Assembly (NCBI GenBank): GCA_964016885.1
Contig: OZ024745.1
Location: 124,186,001 to 124,250,000, forward strand
DNA length: 64,000 nucleotides
Origin: Eledone cirrhosa
Lineage: Eukaryota
Direction of reading: 5' to 3'
The position numbers were made by a program, and so were the translations under genes. Below, in pieces: positions 23,614 to 37,896 of the stretch. The notes below the pieces were generated by a model. The model was not told the DNA's origin and made no database searches. It worked only from the letters and a program-made list of their open reading frames with translations. Position 1 is the first letter of the stretch, and every line of letters starts with the position of its first letter.

Positions 23614-25949
23614 TATATATATATATATATACATATATATATTGGATCGCCAAATATGAAATTTGTAGAAATTTGTAGAAAAAAAAACAAATTTCAAACA
23701 AATTTCATACATGACAACCCAAATATATATATATAGATGTAACATTTACAAATGAAGAATATAAAAAAGATAATCTAGTATAGGCATGAAACTGACTGTT
23801 TGGAAATAGAAATAGAACATTTTGGACATTCCAAGCTTAAGAAGCTCTTCAAAAAGACACTGAGAGAAATATATATGTGTGTGTGTATATATGTATGTAT
23901 GTATTTATAAATCTTTGAATATTGTTTTTTTTTAGTAATGTGTGAATGAATTTTATTAGTAGATTTCACATCAAACTTTTCTTACTTTGAGCTGCTTCAG
24001 TTGACTGTGTAAAAATGTCACTATATACTCAAGTTCACTGAGGATTATGGAAATAAATTCAGAACATATAATTAGGTTAAAATATCTGTCGTTAACTGTT
24101 ATGATATTTTTTCTTTACACTGACATTTACGACAGTTTCCTGGCAATAACATCAGCCAGACAACTGATCTATAGACAGTTATCCAGCAGACCATAGAAAA
24201 ATATCTGGTCTGTTAAGTCTGCATTTGATGAAAATTTTAAATGGAAATTTCTATCAGTATTCCTTGTTATTATCAGTATGGAATCGTCGAGGTTCACTGA
24301 ATCTGTATACTTGTAACAAGACAATCTAATTTACATTCCTTGAAATGATACCACATTTCAAATAAATGCAATACCTTGCTGACTGGTGTAATATTATCCA
24401 CGAACATTTACTGACATCATTTATCTTAATGTGTAAGTAAAAATAGGATCTATATCTCTACTTTTCCCATAACTAACGGTTATCTCTTGTTTTTATCTGA
24501 AGAACATGTGATGGTTCATTCAGAACTTTATAGATGCATTGATTGTCAATGTTTCATAGTCACATATGAAAATTGTAGCCTACTATTGAACTTAATATGT
24601 GAAAACGATACAAAAGGCAATAGAGGGAAACAGATATTAGATAAATGGATAAATAAAAAAAAAATCAAATAGAAAGGAAGAAATGATAAGATAAAGAAAA
24701 GAACCAAATCTAAAATGATAAATAAATGAATGAATGAATGCATGAATAAAAGAAACTTAGTGAGGGAATATATCTGATTCACACTTCTATAACAAATGTA
24801 AAAGTGAAAGTAAAGTCGTGACGAAACATTTAATGAAATAAAAATAAGTATCAAGGAAAGACTTGTGAATTGAATAAAAAAATGTAATTGAAAATTCGAA
24901 ATAGAAATGGAGAAATCAGTATGTTTTTATTATACAACTGAATCTAAGTAACTAGAACCTAACTTCATACACTGTGTTTACCCATTTAATTTCTATGGCT
25001 CAGTCAGGGTAATATGAACAATCTTTTTGAGGGATATCTGAGACTGGCAGGAGAAAAGAATGAAAACATTACTTTTCATGGTCTTCTTGAATAGGAAACC
25101 TTCCATTAAGACTTTTATAACACTTAAGAAGTTGCTGCACTGTTGACATAACTGAGGGGTTAATTTATTATAAAATACGTATGGTAAATCAATATATATA
25201 CACACCAGGTCTGAACACAAAGGAACCAAACTCCCATTGTCACTGCTTCTGTCTTTCCTGCTCACCCCATCTCTCACTCTTATGAGCAAATGGGGGCCCA
25301 TGTGCTGGCTGCCTCACAGCCCCAGGAAGGCATTTAATTTAGAGAGGGCTTCATTTTTATCTTGTAGGCAATATTTTTCTCGTTAATTAGTAGATGATTT
25401 ATGTAATAATTCAAAACCTAATTTTATCAAATGATGGTTGGCTGTATATTTGGCAGTATTACAACATTCTTTAGCATGTTCTCATGCATCTTGCACTTTA
25501 TAAAATTTCTTTATATATAATGTTGAACGATGTAACTGTTCATATGATTGTGAATATTTTATAATCCGATAAATACTACGTAAGATATTGATTTGTTTCA
25601 AATTCTCACACCTCTGTACTTTGTGAAATATTTTTCTTTGATTACAAAAACATTTCTTCAGGACAAGCAAGATCTACAACATATCATTTTTTTAATCATG
25701 AAGTGTTTTAATAATGAGGGTAACAGTTGGAGTTATGATTTATTGCAAAGTTTGCTCTGTTTCAGCATATTTACATTCAAACGCATTTTAGCCATGGACA
25801 TCTTGCAAGAAAATCTCATTTCAGGCATCGTGCATCTAAGATTAAATTAAAAATTGTGATTTCATTTTTCTTGGAGCCACACCTGAATAGTGGATTTTCC
25901 ATTTTCCATCTAAATCTACAGTACCTGAGTCATAGAACTTTGCTGCAGA

Positions 25950-26885
25950 AACCCCAGCTATATCTAGCTGGCAGCTATGGAGGTTATATTGAAATTATGT
26001 TCTAGTAATAGGCTCTCTATTATAAACACCTTCCTCCAGCAAAATACTTCGATAAATACAAATGTTATAAGAGAAAACATGGACTGAGATCAATAATTCT
26101 TATTGTTTCTGATCACCTCAATTCTGTGCTGACTGTTCATGTCAAGAGAGAGGTTGAGCTGTTAAATGTTCCCCATCTAGTTACTGCAGCCTGAGACTAC
26201 CTAAAGCCAAGAAATTCCTGAAACTTGTGCAAGTCCAGCTTGAACAACAGCATAAAGTGAGGAACAGGTTTGCAGATACTCTTACATCCAAATTCAAAGA
26301 ATTCCCTGAGAAAACTGAGGACATTGAAACGGAGTGGTAAGTGTTCATCTCAGCAAATTCTGCTTCAGCCGTTAAATGTTGCAGGTGAAAGTGGCTTGGT
26401 GTGGCACCAGGTGGTAGGAGGAGGACCTCTTGGTGCAATCAAGTGGTCAAAGAGGCAATCCAAGCATAGAAAGAATCTTGCAAAGCGTGACTTGGAAATA
26501 AATCTTCCTTCTTGCACTTGTAGTACAAACAGGTGCAAACAGTTGTAACAGAGACAATAAAGGCATCCAAAGTTAAGATATGGGAGGACTTTGGGATTAA
26601 ATTGGAATCTGACTTTACATCAGCAAATAAAGTGTTCTGACAGACCATCTATCAACTTTGTAATAAGAAGTCCTACTCCACACCTGCTATCAGGAATGCA
26701 TTTGGGGTTTTTCTCTCTTCAGAAAGGTGCATACTCGCATAGTGGAGAGAATACTTGGCTGATCTTCTAAATCCGGTCACATATACATGAGGTGCATCTG
26801 GGAGTGATCACTAACTTTTTAGAGACTGGGATCACAAAGGAAATTAAAGAGCTGAAATGTGACAAGGCCGCTGGGAAGGTTGAAA
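25950..26885 (+). pseudogene. Decayed Expander/Rex3-like RTE fragment (EN C-terminus and tether)
   Basis: LCSSNRLSIINTF, VKREVEL, QVVKEAIQA and WEDFGIKLESDFTSANKVF*QTI. Confidence 0.7.
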
Positions 26886-26889
26886 TTTA

Positions 26890-27107
26890 GCCTGTAAAGT
26901 GGCCATGGAGGTATCACAACAAAAAGCACCCAGTACTCACTGTAAAGGAGGTTGGCATTAGGAAGGGCATCCAGCTGTAGAAACCAAGCTAAAATCAGTT
27001 CTGTATAAGCAAAGCATGGTCCTATCATTGCCCAGAACAGGATAACTCGTCTAACCAATGCAAGCATTGAATAATGGATGTAAAACAACGCTGATGACGA
27101 TAATGAT
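26890..27107 (+). mobile_element. RTE family A tail or short element
   Basis: AAAAAGCACCCAG...GGCATTAGGAAGGGCATCCAGCTGTAG...(GAT)n. Confidence 0.75.
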
Positions 27108-27478
27108 ATATATATATATATATATATATACAACCAATATTGAGACCTCTCTGGATTTTGTTCTTTGTATTTATTACTACTACTATATATAAGTATGTAT
27201 GTATGTGTTTGCTTATATACATTTGTCCAAGCATATATCTGGTGGGAGAGAGAGAGAGAGAGGGGAATGAGAGAGGGAGGTACATGTCATGAGGACAAGG
27301 GAAATATCAGTTTCACCTAAGCAGATTATTCTTAAAGATGGTTGACTTAAGGTCAATATATGATTACTTCCACTGTTTAAATACATCATGTAGCATGATG
27401 GTTTAACTACAGTCAGGCTTTGGGCCTAAAGTCAATACTACCATAAGATATACACACACACACTATATATATATATAT

Positions 27479-27518
<40 letters not shown>

Positions 27519-27601
27519 CATGTAAATTTGTTTATATACATGTATATCTATACATACATATACACACACAAATGGTCACACATGCATATATGTATGTAAT
27601 G

Positions 27602-27665
<64 letters not shown>

Positions 27666-27684
27666 TATATATATATATATATAT

Positions 27685-27721
<37 letters not shown>

Positions 27722-28330
27722 ATGCATCTGAATTTGAACATGACATATATATATTATATATAGATGTGTGTAAGTTTACATCATAGGAAGTATATGCATA
27801 TCAAGTTTATGTACTGTTACTTAGGAGCTTAAAGGCCAGTTAAGTTTACACATCATTAGGACTATTAATACTAAGAATACAAAAGATAAAAAGTCAGGAT
27901 GTTTTGACCTTTAAAACTCTCATCACCTGATAGCATACATTACATTATATATTGGTAAATATGGAATCATCTCTGCAAACTTTGTTAATACCTTCACATT
28001 AATACTATACAATTCTACATGCTGAACGAAAGCAGTGTAAAACAAATGTATAACAGACATTTGTTATCATAAGTATTAGAATTGAAACAATAATAGGGCA
28101 GTTCAATAGATTCTACTGGCTATGTACTATAGCCTTCCCACTTGTCCTCCAATATACTCTTGGATTATTAACTCAAAGGTCTTTATTTCAAACTTAATAC
28201 AAATGTACTGTGACAAGTTTAAATTTCTTCACTTTCCTCAATGAGGCAATTTGAATATTTAAGGGGGCCAATTTGAAAATGATGTTAATCAGAACAAACT
28301 TCAGGTTTTACTTTATTACATTTCACACCA

Positions 28331-29893
28331 AGGCACCTTTGGTACAAATTACTGTCAGAACCTCCTGTCTCACCTCCTCTACCACATGTTACTGTGTATC
28401 TGGCACCACCTATATGGTACACATTACTGTCAGAAACTCCTATCTCACCTCCACCACACATGTTACTGTGTATCTGGCACCACCTATATGGTACACAATA
28501 CTGTCATAAACTCCTATCTCACCTCCTCCACACATGTTACTGTGTATCTGGCACCACCTATATGGTACACATTACTGTCAGAACCTCCTGTCTCACCTCT
28601 ACCACATGTTACTGTGTATCTGGCACCACCTATATGGTACACATCACTGTCAGAAACTCTTGTCTCACCTCCTCCACACATGTTACTGTGTATCTGGCAC
28701 CACCTATGTGGTACACATTACTGTCAGAAACTCCTGTCTCACCTCCTCCACACATGTTATTGTGTATCTGGCACCACCTATATGGTACACATTACTGTCA
28801 GAAACTCCTGTCTCACCTCCACCACACATGTTACTGTGTATCTGGCACCACCTATATGGTACACATTACTGTCAGAAACTCCTGTCTCATCTCCTCCACA
28901 CATGTTACTGTGTATCTGGCACCAAGTATATGGTACACATTACTGTCAGAAACTCCTGTCTCACTTCTACCACACATGTTACTGTGTATCTGGCACCAAG
29001 TATATGGTACACATTACTGTCAGAAACTCCTGTCTCACTTCTACCACACATGTTACTGTGTATCTGGCACCAAGTATATGGTACACATCACTGTCAGAAA
29101 CTCCTGTCTCACCTCTACCACATGTTACTGTGTATCTGGCACCACCTATATGGTACACATCACTGTCAGAAACTCCTGTCTCATCTTCTCTACCACATGT
29201 TACTGTGTATCTGGCACCACCTATATGGTACACATCACTGTCAGAAACTCCTGTCTCATCTTCTCTACCACATGTTACTGTGTATCTGGCACCACCTATA
29301 TGGTACACATCACTGTCAGAAACTCCTGTCTCATCTTCTCTACCACATGTTACTGTGTATCTGGCACCACCTATATGGTACACATCACTGTCAGAAACTC
29401 CTGTCTCATCTTCTCTACCACATGTTACTGTGTATCTGGCACCACCTATATGGTACACATTACTGTCAGAAACTCCTGTCTCACCTCTACCACACATGTT
29501 ACTGTGTATCTAGCACCACCTATATGGTACACATTACTGTCAGAAACTCCTGTCTCACCTCTACCACACATGTTACTGTGTATCTAGCACCACCTATATG
29601 GTATACATCACTGTCAGAAACTCCTGTCTCACCTCTACCACATGTTACTGTGTATCTGGCACCACCTATATGGTACACATCACTGTCAGAAACTCCTGTC
29701 TCATCTTCTCTACCACATGTTACTGTGTATCTGGCACCACCTATATGGTACACATTACTGTCAGAAACTCCTGTCTCACCTCTACCACATGTTACTGTGT
29801 ATCTGGCACCACCTATATGGTACACATCACAGTCAGAAACTCCTGTCTCACCTCCTCCACACATGTTACTGTGTGTATCTGGCACCACCTATA
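28331..29893. repeat. 72-75 bp minisatellite, about 21 copies
   Basis: Unit TGGCACCACCTATATGGTACACATTACTGTCAGAAACTCCTGTCTCACCTCCACCACACATGTTACTGTGTATC, contiguous with no spacers. Confidence 0.97.
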
Positions 29894-30147
29894 CATCAGT
29901 TTGTTTACACTTTACAGTTGATCATTGCTGTTTTCATATCAAAGGGGACATAAGAATATTTTAGATGCTGGTACACAACAGGTTGGGAACCACTGCTCTT
30001 AACAGATATTCACATACATGTGTACACACTCACTGTTAGTATTAGTGATGTCTTATTCAAAATATACCTAACAATGGAATTAAGGTATTTGCTCTAACAT
30101 AGATGTATACATATAATTATTTCCAGCAGAGAGCAGGGTAAAGGAGC

Positions 30148-30192
30148 ATTGACTTGATAATGACCAGAGTCAGAAACGACGTCGTTGTAAGT
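30148..30192 (+). ncRNA. Minimal hammerhead motif with U3-A8 core variant
   Basis: ATTGAC TTGATAA TGAC-CAGA-GTCA GAAA CGACGTCG TT GTAAGT. Stem III is palindromic and stem I is weak. Confidence 0.55.
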
Positions 30193-30512
30193 TATCCCCC
30201 TCCTTAGTTTCTGCTGTAATCCCCTAGATGGTGCTACATCATCAGTTTCCAAATTTGTAACTGAAGGCTTTCAAAATGTTTATTCGTAAACATACAGTAT
30301 ATCGCTAAATATACAAATTAGGTATACACTACAATCTTTAAAAAGAACAGACATTTTGGCTAATGGTATTTTAGATGCCCTATGACTTAATACTAAAAAC
30401 TGTTTGGTCAAAGTTGGAATAACTCTGATAGTATGTCTACTCAATTAGGACTGATCTGGAGACATACCATAATAATTACAATATGAACATAGAGATAGAC
30501 TAATATATTTAA

Positions 30513-30733
30513 CCCTTTAGCATTTAAACCAGCCATAACTGGCCAGAATTCTGTCACCTCATTTTGTTCAAACCAGCCATAACCAGCTGCTGATACTGAT
30601 GTTAAGGTATTATTCTCAAAATAAATAATATCAAAATCTCATAGATTCGATATTATGTGAGATAATTATGTGAGATAAAGCCTTTATCATGATAATAAAA
30701 TGGTAAATATAGAGTAATGTAAATGCTAAAGGG
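30513..30733 (+). mobile_element. piggyBac-type MITE, intact
   Basis: TTAA on both sides; TIR CCCTTTAGCATTTA / TAAATGCTAAAGGG. Confidence 0.85.
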
Positions 30734-31514
30734 TTAAACATGCATGTAAATACTCATTTACAGACACATTTAAAAACACACAAATATATGCATGAAGAAA
30801 CCTAGTAACAGTAACATCTCAGAACTACTTACACATATAGACATGTACAGATGTAAATGTAATGGAGTTGGTTTTGATGATGAGTGGTCTGGTTCTCTGA
30901 TCAACATAACAGCCTCAGAAAGACTCAGTATAACAATGTATGGGTGTACTGGACAATGGTGGCTCTTTGAATTAGAGACACAGTTAATTCAACAGGCCTC
31001 CAATCTCATTCTCTCTAGTCAATGTCATTTCTGTGACTTGGATTTGTCTAAGGCAATGGTAAATGATACATTTTCAAGATGATACACAGTGGGATCAAAT
31101 GTGGAACTTTATGATTGCCAAATGAACCTCTTAACATTCAGTTCTGCTAGTGCCTATACAGATATTAATACTCTTGTAAAAACAAATACCGAAGCGTGTT
31201 TATTGGCTGACAAAAGACTGTTTACATGGCCTTACAACATGCTAAAAATATCAGCCAAATATTCATCAAAATACACACTACTGCCTTACAAAAGAGGACA
31301 TTGTATAATGTAGTCCATTATTTGACATTGTGCCTAAATCAGAAACAATTATTTGAAAAAGAAATAAAGAATAGATGCTGCACGTTGTGAAGAGATTGAC
31401 ATTGGAGAGTCTGTCTTAGAGTGCAAAACCACAGATAGAGCGAGGACAATGTTTGTGGGAGATATCAAGTCCATAAATGTGGGTGTGATAAAGTGTTCAT
31501 GACACTGAGCCATC

Positions 31515-32118
31515 TAAGGAGAGGAGATTGCGTTGGTATGAACATGTGATACATATGAAAGATGACACCAGCATAAAAAGGTGCAGAGTGCTCAAAGTCA
31601 ATGGAAGCCTTGGAGTGGAGAGACCCAAGAAGACTCGAGATGAGGTGATAGAAGTTGACCTTACCCAATTGCACCTCTCAAAGGTGATGACAAAGGACTG
31701 AGATCTCTGGCGCTACGCAGTAATACAGTAGAGCTGACTTCCCACGAGCACAGGCCGAAGCATATATACACTATGTACCACTCCATCCCACCTTCCCATA
31801 CATCTCCCATGAGGACAGGCTGAAGTGTACATCCAGTGAATCCCCCAGTCCATACTGTAAAGTGGCCATGATGGTGACATGGCAAAAAGCACCCAGCCCA
31901 CAATGTAAAGTGGTCGAGTTGTTGTCACGACAAAAAGCACCCACTACTCACTGTGAATGAGCTTGGTGTTAGGAAGGGCATCGAGCTGTAGAAACCAAGC
32001 TAAAATCAGTTCTGTACGAGCAAGACATGGTCACCTGACCTAACATTGTCCACAACAGGTCAACTCATCTAACCCATGCTAGCATGGAAAATGAATGTAA
32101 AACGGTGATGATGATGAT
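31515..32118 (+). mobile_element. RTE family A 3' fragment with composite tail
   Basis: ERRLRWYEHV, then the same tail as 10860..11174. Confidence 0.85.
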
Positions 32119-32410
32119 GTAAAAGTTGTAAGTACTTGAGTTTTCAGTTATATACTAGGTACATAATTGAAATGACAAAGCATTTATGAGATTGTGTGTG
32201 TGTGTGGCTGTATATATCAACATCAGGTAAAGTTTACCTCAAAGGATAGAGGTATCCACCAGTGGCTAGAAGTGTTTTGCTCTGCAGAAGTGATAGGAAG
32301 AAAATGGACGACAGCAGATCACACAATTTTACCTGGCGCTGTAATCGATGGCATTTTGCTGTTTTAACAGCTTCCTTGCATTGAATCCTCCTCATTATTC
32401 TATGAATTCA

Positions 32411-32852
32411 TAGGGCAGTGGATTGGCAGTATCGGTAGAGGGTCGGACACAATGCTTTGCAGCATAGAGTTATGGTCCTTTACGATCTGTGTTCAAATCC
32501 CGCCGAGGTTAACTTTGCCTTTCATCCTTACGAGGTCGGTAAAATAAAGTACCAGTAATGCACTGGTTCGATTTAATCGACTTTCCCCTCCCCACCAAAT
32601 TACTGGCCTTGTGCCTATACTAGAAATCATTATTCTACAAATTCTAATAAACTTGCAATATAATTGTTTCTACTTTTGGCACAAGGCAAGCAATTACCCC
32701 AGTGAATTACTGGTACTTAATCTATCAACCCCCGTAAGGATGACAGGCAAAGTTAACCTCGGCGGGATTTGAACTCAGAATGGAAAGGGCCGTAACTCTT
32801 TGCTGCAAAGCATGGCGTCCAACCCTCTACCGATACTGCCAATCCACCACCC
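32411..32852. mobile_element. Tail-to-tail pair of SINE family 1 (32411..32635 plus, 32660..32852 minus)
   Basis: Both carry A/B boxes and the central CTTTCATCCTTACG motif. Confidence 0.85.
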
Positions 32853-34469
32853 TATGTCACATGATTGTTCAGTTGTTGAAAATCTAGAACATGACATAGT
32901 CCACTTCTCAAGTACATCATATTGTCCTATGATGATAACTTTTAAAAAATCACACGTGTGTGCATATGAAATGAATGTGAAAAACCATGTTTTCATATCC
33001 ATGAAAATCAACACCTTCCATCATCTATAAAATTGCTGACCTTATCATTAATGACCATATTATAATACCCAACGGTGATAGTTAACCTTTATAACTATTT
33101 ATTTAGTTTAAAATTTTCCATTTCTATTCCTTTAATATATAATATATCTTTGTTTCATCGTTTTTCATATTTGTTTATGTTTTATTTTTAACATTGCTAT
33201 TACACTTAGTTGTTTTTTTACATCTGCCTTATTTAATTACGACACCTGTTGATTCATTTTATTTGTCTTTTCATTTCGTTTTGTTTATTAACATTCTTAC
33301 ATATTTTATACATTCTTACATATGCAGGCACACACATTCAGGCACATACCACATACGATCACGTGGAAAATCCACAAACTGAAACTAAGATAAATACACA
33401 CAAGCGCACAGCTCCTCCGACTTATACACACAGTAGCATGCGTACACATATACAGTAGGACACAAACACACATATACTTTGACCCCATGGTAACAGCATG
33501 CTTTCTCTTCTGTTCAAAATGTCCACGTAGTTGGGAGAAGCGATATACATACTTGTGACACTCATACGCTTAACTCAGCAGAATGAACCTCAAAGTAATA
33601 TAATCTAGAGAAAGAGAGGAGATAGGGAGAGAGACAAAATGGAGCTGTACACCAGTACATTAACTGGTACTTTATTTTATTGACTCCAGAAATATGAAAT
33701 GCTAATCTGACCTCAGATTTAGGCTAAAACAGGATGTGTCAGAAAAATTACAACAAGGCATTTTATCCGATACCATTACAGATCCGCCTATTCATTACTA
33801 TAGACTGATACTATATCTTGACAATCCTGGAAGGATACAAAGTGAAGTTGAACTCTGGATATAAAGATTATCAACAAATAACACAAGGCCAACACTCTAA
33901 CTCACCACCTTATTTATCAATAAGGATATTATTTATGAAGCAATGAATTGGCAGATTTGGATAGAAAGCTTTGTGGTATTTGATCAGGTTCTCTATGTTC
34001 TGAGTTCAAATCCTGATGTGGTCAACTTTACCTTTCTTCCTTTCAAGTTCGATAAAAAAAAGTATCTCCCCCAACACTTGCTCTCCTTCTTTGGAATTCA
34101 TTGACTGAGTTCAGGCCCAGAGAGGGCATTGGCTCCAACAGGCTTAAAATGTCCAAGACATCCTATTAAATCAACGCCAGTGTATTACTGATACTTTATT
34201 TTATCAAACCTGTAAGATTAAAGGCAAAGCTAACTTTGGTTGGATTTGAACTGAGAAGGTAAAGGGACGTAACTCTATATTGTAAAGCTTGGTGTCCAAC
34301 ACTCAACCAATACTGCCAACCCACCACCCTCATACATATCAATAAAACATCTTTAATTAGATATAAATATACTCACAAAATAACAGTCAAACATACAAAT
34401 ATATGAATAGTTATATACATTTATGAACTTGGAAACATGTACACATACATAAATAAACATACACACATA

Positions 34470-37195
34470 CAGTTACTCACACTCTCCCTCTCTCACATAC
34501 ACACTCTCTCCCTCTCTCTCATATACACACACTGTCACTCTCTCTCACATACACACAGTGTCCCTCTCTCACATTCACACACTGTCACTCTCTCTCCTCT
34601 CTCACATACACACACTGTCACTCTCTCTCCCTCTCTCACATACACACACTGTCACTCTCTCTCCCTCTCTCACATACACACACTGTCACTCTCTCTCCCT
34701 CTCTCACATACACACACTGTCACTCTCTCACATACACACACTCTCCCTCTCTCACATACACACACTCTCCCACATACACACACTCTCCCACTCACACATA
34801 CACACACTCTCCCCCTCATACATACACACACTCTCCCTCTCAATCATACACACACTCTCTCTCTCTCACATACACACACTCTCCCACTCACACATACACA
34901 CACTCTCCCCCTCATACATACACACACTCTCCCTCTCAATCATACACACACTCTCTCTCTCTCACATACACAATCTCTCCCTCTCACACATACACACACT
35001 CTCCCTCTCTCACATACACACAATCTCCCTCTCTCTCACACACACACTCTCCCTCTCACACATACACACACTCTCCCTCTCACACATACACACACTCCCC
35101 CACTCTCACACATACACACACTCTCCCTCTCACACATACACACACTCTCCCACTCTCACACATACACACACTCTCCCTCTCACACATACACACACTCTCC
35201 CTCTCACACATACACACACTCTCCCTCTCTCTCACACACACACTCTCCCACTCTCACACATACACACACTCTCCCTCTCACACATACACACACTCTCCCT
35301 CTCTCACATACACACACTCTCCCTCTCACACATACACACACTCTCCCACTCTCACACATACACACACTCTCCCTCTCACACATACACACACTCCCCCACT
35401 CTCACACATACACACACTCTCCCTCTCACACATACACACACTCCCCCACTCTCACACATACACACACTCTCCCTCTCACACATACACACACTCTCCCACT
35501 CTCACACATACACACACTCTCCCTCTCTCACACATACACACACTCTCCCTCTCACACATACACACACTCTCCCTCTCTCACATACACACACTCTCCCTCT
35601 CACACATACACACACTCTCCCTCTCTCACATACACACACTCTCCCTCTCACACATACACACACTCTCCCACTCTCACACATACACACACTCTCCCTCTCA
35701 CACATACACACACTCCCCCACTCTCACACATACACACACTCTCCCTCTCACACATACACACACTCTCCCACTCTCACACATACACACACTCTCCCTCTCA
35801 CACATACACACACTCTCCCTCTCTCACATACACACACTCTCCCTCTCACACATACACACACTCTCCCACTCTCACACATACACACACTCTCCCTCTCACA
35901 CATACACACACTCTCCCACTCTCACACATACACACACTCTCCCTCTCACACATACACACACTCCCCCACTCTCACACATACACACACTCTCCCTCTCACA
36001 CATACACACACTCCCCCACTCTCACACATACACACACTCTCCCTCTCACACATACACACACTCTCCCTCTCTCACATACACACACTCTCCCTCTCTCTCA
36101 CACACACACTCTCACACATACACACACTCTCCCTCTCACACATACACACACTCCCCCTCTCACACATACACACACTCTCCCTCTCACACATACACACACT
36201 CTCCCTCTCACACATACACACACTCCCCCTCTCACACATACACACACTCTCCCTCTCACACATACACACACTCTCCCACTCTCACACATACACACACTCT
36301 CCCTCTCTCACACATACACACACTCTCCCTCTCACACATACACACACTCTCCCTCTCTCACATACACACACTCTCCCTCTCTCACATACACACACTTTCC
36401 CACTCTCACACACACACACTCTCCCACTCTCACATACACACACTCTCCCCCTCATACATACACACACTCTCCCTCTCAATCATACACACACTCTCTCTCT
36501 CTCACATACACAATCTCTCCCTCTCAGACATACACACACTCTCCCTCTCTCACATACACACACTCTCCCTCTCTCACATACACACACTCTCCCTCTCTCT
36601 CACACACACACTCTCCCACTCTCACACATACACACACTCTCCCTCTCACACATACACACACTCTCCCACTCTCACACATACACACACTCTCCCTCTCACA
36701 CATACACACACTCTCCCTCTCACACATACACACACTCTCCCTCTTTCACATACACACACTCTCCCTCTCACACATACACACACTCTCCCTCTCACACATA
36801 CACACACTCTCCCACTCTCACACATACACACACTCTCCCTCTCTCTCACACACACACTCTCACACATACACACACTCCCCCTCTCACACATACACACACT
36901 CCCCCTCTCACACATACACTCTCCCTCTCACACATACACACACTCTCCCACTCTCACACATACGCACACTCTCCCTCTCTCACACATACACACACTCTCC
37001 CTCTCTCACATACACACACTCTCCCTCTCTCTCACACACACACTCTCACACATACACACACTCTCCCTCTCACACATACACACACTCCCCCTCTCACACA
37101 TGCACACACTCTCCCTCTCACACATACACACACTCTCCCTCTCACACATACACACACTCCCCCTCTCACACATACACTCTCCCTCCCTCTCACAG
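34470..37195. repeat. 2.7-kb CT/CA compound minisatellite with ~22-26 bp units
   Basis: CTCTCCCTCTCACACATACACACA and variants; plus strand nearly G-free. Confidence 0.97.
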
Positions 37196-37489
37196 ACAAT
37201 GAGCTCACTATGCATTTAACTGTGCAATGAGAACAATGATTTATAGTCCTGATATTGGTTTCTCTTAAAGGATTAAGTCATTAAATAAGACACTTCGTTT
37301 CACTTGATCTCATTAACATGTGACATAGTCAAGCTGTTTCAATAAGTGATTAGTTATCTCTTGGCAAACACCATTACCCTTTAACGATCATTTATATATA
37401 TTTATGTATGTATATATGTATGTATCTATGTATATATGTATGTTTATATGTATGTATGTTTGTATGTATGTTTGTATATATGCATGACC

Positions 37490-37896
37490 GGGAGAGATGA
37501 CCCCTTAGCCTTTGTCAAGGCAGAATTCTAGGAGAAGGAAAACTCTGATATAATACCTGCAACCCTGATGGTATCCAATGATGTTGACTTGTTCTTCTTT
37601 TTGGTAAATATCATCTTGGTTAAGAGAGTGGGACTGGCTTTGTGCAGTGCCTTTGCTCACTATAAAAGCTTCACGGCACAGGCATTGCTTTATATCTGGA
37701 GATCTCTCTGCACTTGTCATCACATGGTACCATGGGCCCAGCACTATGTGTCAATAATTGTCACAAGTGTAGTGTTTGTACCAGAGTTTTCAAGTCGCTG
37801 GTTGAACTAAAAAGTCACACTTGTTCAGCGCATCGGTAGGAGTTCTCCTACATGGATATAAAGTGGCCGTACTCGAAAACGAGTTGGCAGCCACCA
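37490..37896 (+). mobile_element. Family X bipartite RTE derivative, with an older relative at 37960..38480
   Basis: Closely similar to 21000..21405. Confidence 0.75.

Noticed and set aside
25290-25850. hAT transposase C-terminal remnant on the minus strand
   Set aside because: Resemblance too faint to support without a profile search.
28331-29893. CRISPR array or Cys/His-rich protein (375-476 aa ORFs)
   Set aside because: Units are contiguous with no unique spacers or cas genes. ORFs are open in all three frames and cycle through the same peptides.
34437-37230. 921-aa and 890-aa His/Thr-rich ORFs
   Set aside because: The CT/CA repeat lacks stop codons by composition.
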